Source of the DNA: an uncultured virus (IMG/VR IMGVR_UViG_3300034106_002919)
Lineage: Duplodnaviria; Heunggongvirae; Uroviricota; Caudoviricetes
Length of the DNA stretch: 64,000 bases
Direction: 5' to 3' (one strand)
Virus record (IMG/VR): IMGVR_UViG_3300034106_002919
In this document: piece after piece, positions 58,901 to 64,000 of the stretch
How the letters are laid out: the number at the start of each line of letters is the position of its first letter
Numbering within the stretch: the stretch's first letter is position 1
The notes under the pieces: generated by a model
What the model was told of the DNA's origin: nothing
The model's input: the letters and a program-made list of their open reading frames with translations, nothing else
Database searches by the model: none
Program-made: the position numbers and the translations under genes

Positions 58901-59334
58901 GGACTATCCATACATTCTGTGATGCATACCATTATCATGATACTGAGTTGTATGACATTATGATGATGAAAAGAAATGGGACTAACCATCAATACAGTTG
59001 GCTCTATGATCATGGCCTTGGCTTTGTAGAAGATGAAAAGTGTCTACTTAATATCTTTAGTGCTAGAAAGTTTACAACATCAAAAGGTAAAGAGATGGCA
59101 AACATCTATGCCTTTGATGGGAAAAAGATTGTAAAGATTGTACTCTTCTCAGCAATATGTAAGAAAGTATATCCACAGATTAAATTAGGTCAGTGGTATG
59201 CAGCTAAACTAGAAAAGATTGATGATAGAAACAATTTAACAAGAATTGACTCTTATAAACTAACTAGCGATCAAGCAATTATTACTGCTGATAGTTATAT
59301 TCAAAGAAAGGGTCTAGTAAAGAGCAATGTTTGA
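55945..59334 (+). CDS. dnaE: DNA polymerase III alpha subunit
   Basis: HLHCHSEYSLLDG (PHP), GRGS, PDIDLDF, HAAG, FNKSHAVAY. Confidence 0.97.
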   Translation: MTDFVHLHCHSEYSLLDGMSTPTDIARIASTNGQYAAAITDHGTMGGFLKFQKACESHAVKPIFGVEAYFVPSVISDGEGKHERFHLILLAKNDEGLKKLFKASQVGWANNFYYKPRIDFELLEDLVDNDIVALSGCMGSAISKAITADNSARAEQLAERFVSIFGDDFYFETQAWNPKKLNDGLISLAESFNKKVVATADCHFPTYQDRGAEEVLLLVSQYPSFNAPELRRARDNNSVCQDGSIDIIDKMNAMYPDRHLRFDEINPYIAPASDITEWFKKAGYDRTDILENTIEVADKCTAKMPTKRNLLPKYSKFTDSASYLKEIADFAIKQRGLGQEYKERLDEEIKIINDLGFADYFLIVWDLVHWADANNIGRGTGRGSVGGSVLAFLLDISKVDPVKYSLLFSRFINPERNDYPDIDLDFEDKRRHEVRNYLRERWGEDNVAAIATYGEFKPKSVIKDVSRVYQVPFEEINSITPFFETLQELESSPRGKSFMTKYPDIMKISKKLEGRIRNTGVHAAGMVVSSIPLTEVCPVETRKETNQDGRFLVTAFDMDDAEAVGLIKVDILGLKTVSVIKDCIAKIKELYGVDVSEVSLQLDDPKVYDNFNKGNTVGVFQADAAAYRNLIDRMGIDNFNDLVVSNALVRPGALLSQGQDYINRKKGIDNPSYAHPLVKDILEETYGTVIFQEQLMQMAVILADFSWSDADKLRKIIGKKRDANEFEQFKEKFVNNQYLTRKQSEKIWADFELSALYMFNKSHAVAYSMLSYQTMWLKINYPAEFVWSLLYNEEATDKITAYLMEAQRLGVSILPPDVNLSDEYFTIDKGNGIRFGLKNVASCGNSAIKEILNKRPFSSFDEFNNKCTKTAVKSNLRENLDKIGAFESLGHVSQFDHKKYYLPILGFAIDDLDSNNELDEMVGNISEFHEINSELTLVKAIVRSTKKTPQYLRVEFEDKSGSCTLFADRNAEIAQRDYMYALIGDRTIHTFCDAYHYHDTELYDIMMMKRNGTNHQYSWLYDHGLGFVEDEKCLLNIFSARKFTTSKGKEMANIYAFDGKKIVKIVLFSAICKKVYPQIKLGQWYAAKLEKIDDRNNLTRIDSYKLTSDQAIITADSYIQRKGLVKSNV

Positions 59335-59944
59335 TTTAATTATTAGCGATAGCAAATGGTCTGAATCGCATGGTGCTGAAGGAAACCATCTTGGAATGGG
59401 AATAATGTATTATGCAATTCCATATGTTCTAAAAGCACAGCATTGTGTATGTCTAGGATCTGGCGCTGGTTTTGTTCCTAAATTAATGCACCGCGCACAG
59501 TCTCAATTGATAGAAGAGAGCATTATTTCTTCTCATAAAATTACATTAATTGATGCCAATATTGGACCTTGGGGACTTCCAGTTTATCAGGAAGGGATTG
59601 ATGGTTATCCTGAAATTACTTTAATAAAGTCTATAACAGACGATGCTGTACAACTTGTTGACAATATTGACTATCTACATGTTGATGCAGATCATACATA
59701 TGACCAAGTACTTAATGACTTTAATAATTATTTATCAAAAATGAATGGTGATAACTGGGCAATAACTGTTCATGATACATATAATTTTAGCGATGCAGAT
59801 CATCCACCAATTGGTTCTTACCAAGCTGCTATTGATTTCTCGCAAGCAAATGATTTATATTTTACAAATTTTAGAATAGGTTGTGGTACTGGATTAATTA
59901 TGCCAAGGAGGAAATTTGAAACGCTGGGAATATTTAATTTCTGA
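59327..59944 (+). CDS. class I SAM-dependent methyltransferase (Methyltransf_24-like)
   Basis: CLGSGAGF, IDYLHVDADHTY, VHDT. Confidence 0.8.
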   Translation: MFDLIISDSKWSESHGAEGNHLGMGIMYYAIPYVLKAQHCVCLGSGAGFVPKLMHRAQSQLIEESIISSHKITLIDANIGPWGLPVYQEGIDGYPEITLIKSITDDAVQLVDNIDYLHVDADHTYDQVLNDFNNYLSKMNGDNWAITVHDTYNFSDADHPPIGSYQAAIDFSQANDLYFTNFRIGCGTGLIMPRRKFETLGIFNF

Positions 59945-60404
59945 ACAATATAAAATTAGAAAAATTATTGCTTCACATTATTTATCTTCATGTGACAATG
60001 TGATTGATGTTGGTAGTTATGGGGAGCATTTAATTGGGATTGATGCCAATAAACTACATTCTATTGATCCACTAATGTCAATTCCTGATTCTTTTCATGG
60101 AACATTTTCCGAATGGCTTAGTCGTAATCAAAACCTATATGGAACAATAGGTGTAGCAATTCTTGGTTTTGATATAGAGGGTGATGGAGAATATGAAGAA
60201 CTACTATCTTTTTTAAAAGGAGTAGATACCATTGTGCTAGAATATGCTATGGAGTTTGAGCCATCAGTGCAACAATCAAAGCATTTAATGAGTCAAATTC
60301 CACATAAGGTTGAAACTGTAATCAATCTAGAGTTACCAGAAGTGAAAACAGAAGGTTTCCCAACATACAGTAAAAGAAAAATTACTATTTTGAAAAGAGG
60401 ATAA
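59916..60404 (+). CDS. methyltransferase-like protein
   Basis: VIDVGSY...SIDP motif. Confidence 0.55.
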   Translation: MKRWEYLISEQYKIRKIIASHYLSSCDNVIDVGSYGEHLIGIDANKLHSIDPLMSIPDSFHGTFSEWLSRNQNLYGTIGVAILGFDIEGDGEYEELLSFLKGVDTIVLEYAMEFEPSVQQSKHLMSQIPHKVETVINLELPEVKTEGFPTYSKRKITILKRG

Positions 60405-61319
60405 ATGTTAGTAGTAGATAAAAGAAAAGGCGATACAATGCCTCAACATGAGATTATTAAGACCCCAAGTCTTGGTCTTAACAGAGCTCTTGGTGGAGGT
60501 CTTTATACAGGTGCAACCCATCTATTTTGGGGAACGCCATCGGTTGGTAAAACAACTATGTGTTTCAGAATTATTGCAGAAGCCCAAAAAATGGGCTACA
60601 GGCCAGTAATTATTGATTCAGAATATTCTTATAGAGATGAATATGCAGCAAAGTGTGGAATTAACACAGAGGATGTTGTTATTATTCAATCAACAGTTGT
60701 TGAAGATATTCTTAAGAATGTTCATCCATATCTTACACACGAAGATGAAAAACATATCTTTCTGTTTGACTCACTATCAAACATCATTAAAGAAGAATTT
60801 TATGACAAACCAGAAGGTGGTAAAGCAATGGGTCTTCAGTCAAGAAGTCAGGGCTTCCTTCTTCAAAAATTGGTTAATTATCTTCATAAAGAAAGAAACA
60901 TTATGCTGTTTGTAGCCCATCAAACCATTGATCTAAGCGGAATGTATGCTGTTACAAAAGCAAAGATGGGTAATACTGTTCATCACAATATGCATAATAT
61001 TGTAAAATTGTTTTTGTCAATGTCTCAGAAAGAGATGGACCGTGATGAAACAAATAAGATTACAAGTCAGAGAGCAGTTTGGACAATTGAAAAGACAAAG
61101 CAGATTCCTACAATTGGATCATCTGGTTATTATTATGTCCTTCCGCAAGAGGGAAAGATTGACACAGAGAGAGAGTTGATTGATATTGCTGTTGAAATGG
61201 ACATTATCCAGAGAAGAGGTGCTTGGTTCTCTTTTAATGAAGAAAAGTGGAACGGCATGAGCAAGATTGAACTAAATGACTCTCAAAGAGAAGAGATTAT
61301 TAAACTTATTAATGGTTAA
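60405..61319 (+). CDS. recA: RecA-family recombinase
   Basis: TPS.GLNRALGGG, GTPSVGKTT, IDSE, FDSL, GAWFS. Confidence 0.92.
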   Translation: MLVVDKRKGDTMPQHEIIKTPSLGLNRALGGGLYTGATHLFWGTPSVGKTTMCFRIIAEAQKMGYRPVIIDSEYSYRDEYAAKCGINTEDVVIIQSTVVEDILKNVHPYLTHEDEKHIFLFDSLSNIIKEEFYDKPEGGKAMGLQSRSQGFLLQKLVNYLHKERNIMLFVAHQTIDLSGMYAVTKAKMGNTVHHNMHNIVKLFLSMSQKEMDRDETNKITSQRAVWTIEKTKQIPTIGSSGYYYVLPQEGKIDTERELIDIAVEMDIIQRRGAWFSFNEEKWNGMSKIELNDSQREEIIKLING

Positions 61320-61322
61320 GTA

Positions 61323-62570
61323 ATGCTAATCTCTCTTCACACAGATCAGCATATTAAGGATGCTGTAAATATATTTGGCTATGCCTACGGATATAATAGA
61401 ATTTGTAAACATTTTAATAAGTTTGTTTATAGAAATCAAAAACTAAATGTAGTTCAAAATTCACCAGAGGCAAGGGTTCAAATGTTTTATATGGAACCTG
61501 AATGGTATAACCTAGAAACAATGACCAGCTTTAGAGCGCCAGGTTTTCGCAAATTTTATGATCATCAATATAAAATATATGGGACTCATTTAGAGTCTAC
61601 ACAAGCATGGCCTCATTGGATTGAGTCAATGAATCAGGTTGATGAAATATGGACAGGTAATCAGTTTGCAGCAAATGCTGTAATTGAATCTAAAGTTAAG
61701 ACTCCTGTTTATGTATTTGAGCATGGAATTGATGACGGATGGACTCCTAAAATGCGTGGAAAAGGGTCTAAAATCCGTTTCCTTCATGTTGATTCTGGTA
61801 GCCCAAGAAAGAGGGCAGATCTTGTTGAAAAGGCATTTTTAACCCTTTTTAAAGGCAATACGGATGTTGAACTAACACTTAAATACCACAGTCATGAATA
61901 TGATGGTGGTTTTAATGTTCTGGATTTATTTAATGATAATAAAAATGTTAAAAAGATCTATAAGACAGTAACTCATGAAGAAATGGTTGAACTATTTCAT
62001 TCTCACGATGTTCTTGTATACCCATCAGAAGGTGAAGGTTTTGGTTTTATTCCTCTTCAAGCGTTAGCGACAGGAATGCCAACAATATCAACTGGTAGAT
62101 GGTGCTCGTATGAAAAATACATGCCAGGAAATATTATAGATTCTAAACTTGGAAGAACTACATATACTGGATATGAGTATGGAGATGTGGTCCTTGCAGA
62201 GTTTGATTCTCTTGTGCAACTTATGGAAAACGCTTATAAAAATATTAATTCACAAGCAGAGTTCTATTATAAGCAAGCACCAAAAGTTTATAAAGAATAC
62301 AATTGGCAAGGTAGATGCGACACTTTTTTGAAATCTTTTATTAAAAGAGTCGGTATCAACATGCTCAAGCCAGATGAATCAAAGAGAGAGCCTGGAAAGA
62401 AATTGATATACTTTAAATCAGGAGTCGCCTTCTGCACCCATTCGGGAGTAAAATTTGATCAAAGCAATAGGCTTCAAGAAGTTCCTGAGTTTGAATTTGA
62501 TAATTTACTTAGTCAACCAAATTTTAGAGAACCTTCTGAAGAAGAAATAATTAAACACAGGGGGTATTAA
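61323..62570 (+). CDS. GT4 glycosyltransferase with extra C-terminal domain
   Basis: YPSEGEGFGFIPLQALATGMP; last ~57 aa homologous to the 25187-25489 product. Confidence 0.9.
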   Translation: MLISLHTDQHIKDAVNIFGYAYGYNRICKHFNKFVYRNQKLNVVQNSPEARVQMFYMEPEWYNLETMTSFRAPGFRKFYDHQYKIYGTHLESTQAWPHWIESMNQVDEIWTGNQFAANAVIESKVKTPVYVFEHGIDDGWTPKMRGKGSKIRFLHVDSGSPRKRADLVEKAFLTLFKGNTDVELTLKYHSHEYDGGFNVLDLFNDNKNVKKIYKTVTHEEMVELFHSHDVLVYPSEGEGFGFIPLQALATGMPTISTGRWCSYEKYMPGNIIDSKLGRTTYTGYEYGDVVLAEFDSLVQLMENAYKNINSQAEFYYKQAPKVYKEYNWQGRCDTFLKSFIKRVGINMLKPDESKREPGKKLIYFKSGVAFCTHSGVKFDQSNRLQEVPEFEFDNLLSQPNFREPSEEEIIKHRGY

Positions 62571-62869
62571 TGAAGAGAGATGAAAAACAAGAAATTAAAA
62601 AAGATAAAGCAAAAGCAGTAAAAAACTCTGGTCGTGGTTTTAAGAAAGGCGATGCAACATTTCATGAATTTGTTTTAGATTACAAACATAATGGTGCAAG
62701 TTTTACATTAACTAGAAAAGCTTGGCTAAAGATGAGAAAAGATGCTTGGAACTCAAACTATAAACATGCTTGTATTTCAGTTGTTCTTGGAGAAGATTCT
62801 GATGTGAAGGTTGCTATAATTGACTGGCAGGTATTTAAAGACCTTATTGAAGGTTCTCAATATGAATAG
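62570..62869 (+). CDS. Holliday junction resolvase-like PD-(D/E)xK nuclease
   Basis: KNSGRG..KGDA......D.K motif. Confidence 0.7.
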   Translation: MKRDEKQEIKKDKAKAVKNSGRGFKKGDATFHEFVLDYKHNGASFTLTRKAWLKMRKDAWNSNYKHACISVVLGEDSDVKVAIIDWQVFKDLIEGSQYE

Positions 62870-63032
62870 ATCTTACATGGACCCAGAACACACAGAGCAT
62901 CTTCTTGAAATTAAAATTAAACAAATTCAAGATGAACTTAGAAAAAATTATGAGCAAAGAAGTTTTCTTAATATCTGCTTAAGCGATGCTATAAATGAAC
63001 TTGCATTGTTTAGATCTAAGAAAGGCTCATAA
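62862..63032 (+). CDS. small coiled-coil hypothetical protein
   Basis: ORF 62820..63032, ATG at 62862. Confidence 0.55.
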   Translation: MNRSYMDPEHTEHLLEIKIKQIQDELRKNYEQRSFLNICLSDAINELALFRSKKGS

Positions 63033-63507
63033 TTTGAAACCAGCAAACTTTCCCATAAAGTCTTCAGAACTTAAGTGGTTAAAAGCTTGTACAATGCTTG
63101 GAGAAATATTTTCAACTTGTTCAAGAAGAAAATATTTTGCAGTAATCTTAGCAGAAAATGGGCGTGTATCAGGTATTGGATATAACGGTGCTTTGCCTAA
63201 TTTAAAACATTGTATTGACGGAGGATGCCCTAGGGCTTTTACTGATGTTGAGCATGGTTCAAATTATGACAACTGTGTAGCAGTACATGCAGAAGCAAAT
63301 GCTTTGCTTTGGTCTGATAGAACAATGAGGCAAAGTGGAACCTTAATTATAAATGGTCCTCCATGCTTTAGTTGTGCAAAACTAATTGCAACATCTGGTA
63401 TTTCAAAAGTTCTGTGTTTGAGAGATGATGAGTATAAAAATTTTGATCAAGTTGAAAAGCTGCTTAAAGAAGCGGGTATATTTTTAGGAGTAATTGATGA
63501 AATCTAA
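62995..63507 (+). CDS. dCMP deaminase
   Basis: STC.RR, GYNG, HAEANA and PC..C motifs; exact start uncertain. Confidence 0.9.
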   Translation: MNLHCLDLRKAHNLKPANFPIKSSELKWLKACTMLGEIFSTCSRRKYFAVILAENGRVSGIGYNGALPNLKHCIDGGCPRAFTDVEHGSNYDNCVAVHAEANALLWSDRTMRQSGTLIINGPPCFSCAKLIATSGISKVLCLRDDEYKNFDQVEKLLKEAGIFLGVIDEI

Positions 63508-63751
63508 AGTTTTAAAAATGATAAAAATGAAAAGATATTTCTTCATTAGATCGCTATTAGAAGAAATCTATTTAGAAATTGATTCTTTGGAGCGTTTGGC
63601 GAAGAATCACAAGGTTGTCTCTGATACACTAGCGAGCACCATATGCGAAATTGTTGAACACAGTTCGCCATCATGGGTAAGTAAGATGAAGCAGTTAGGT
63701 ATAGATCAAAAGATACAAAAGTCTATGGAGACATATGAACGAACAAGGTAA
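63494..63751 (+). CDS. hypothetical protein
   Basis: 85 aa, AGGAG RBS. Confidence 0.6.
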   Translation: MMKSKVLKMIKMKRYFFIRSLLEEIYLEIDSLERLAKNHKVVSDTLASTICEIVEHSSPSWVSKMKQLGIDQKIQKSMETYERTR

Positions 63752-64000
63752 AACATTTGGAAGCCTATTTGCAGGAGTTGGTGGTTTTGACATTGGTTTA
63801 GAAAACGCTGGCTGGAAATGTGAATGGCAAGTTGAATGGGATAAGCATTGTCAAGAAGTACTTAAAAGACACTGGCCCGACATTCCTAAGTATCTTGATG
63901 TTCAAGATGTAGATGGAACAAAAATTAAGCCAGTAGATATGATTACCTTTGGTTCACCTTGTCAGGATTTATCTGTCGCTGGTAAGCGAGCAGGTCTTGA
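63735..64000 (+). CDS. DNA (cytosine-5) methyltransferase, truncated by window end
   Basis: MNEQGKTFGSLFAGVGGFD...GSPCQDLSVAGKR (motifs I and IV). Confidence 0.93.
   Translation, partial: MNEQGKTFGSLFAGVGGFDIGLENAGWKCEWQVEWDKHCQEVLKRHWPDIPKYLDVQDVDGTKIKPVDMITFGSPCQDLSVAGKRAGL

Noticed and set aside
17932..59334. Inteins or introns in nrdJ, dnaB, dnaE
   Set aside because: Lengths are ordinary and no splice-junction motifs or frame breaks were seen.

Overview
A 64 kb segment of a large, AT-rich tailed siphovirus-type phage. An actinobacterial host is likely (WhiB-like gene, CGAAC-N4-GTTCG SOS boxes, leaderless genes, gene order resembling large Streptomyces BE/BK-type phages). From ~8.4 kb onward it is a recognisable phage core: six tRNAs, ThyX, class II RNR, two GT4 glycosyltransferases, portal, protease/scaffold, capsid, lysis genes, fibres, tail (with a -1 frameshift), DnaB, DnaG, SSB, DnaE, RecA, resolvase, dCMP deaminase and a truncated C5 DNA methyltransferase. 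No terminase or integrase is recognisable in the window. The most unusual part is ~1.3-8.35 kb, an array of eight small self-contained transcription units. These are separated by seven same-orientation copies of a ~72 bp element (TACTAAA, two TGTAAnnTTACA palindromes, then a 36-38 bp GGGYG...CRCCC inverted repeat with a variable core). The array holds two families of triplicated orphan genes, several copies saturated with their own short k-mer. It also holds a 16-bp-periodic TGTAA/TTACA lattice, six perfect LexA boxes and nine perfect DnaA boxes. All counts were made by eye.
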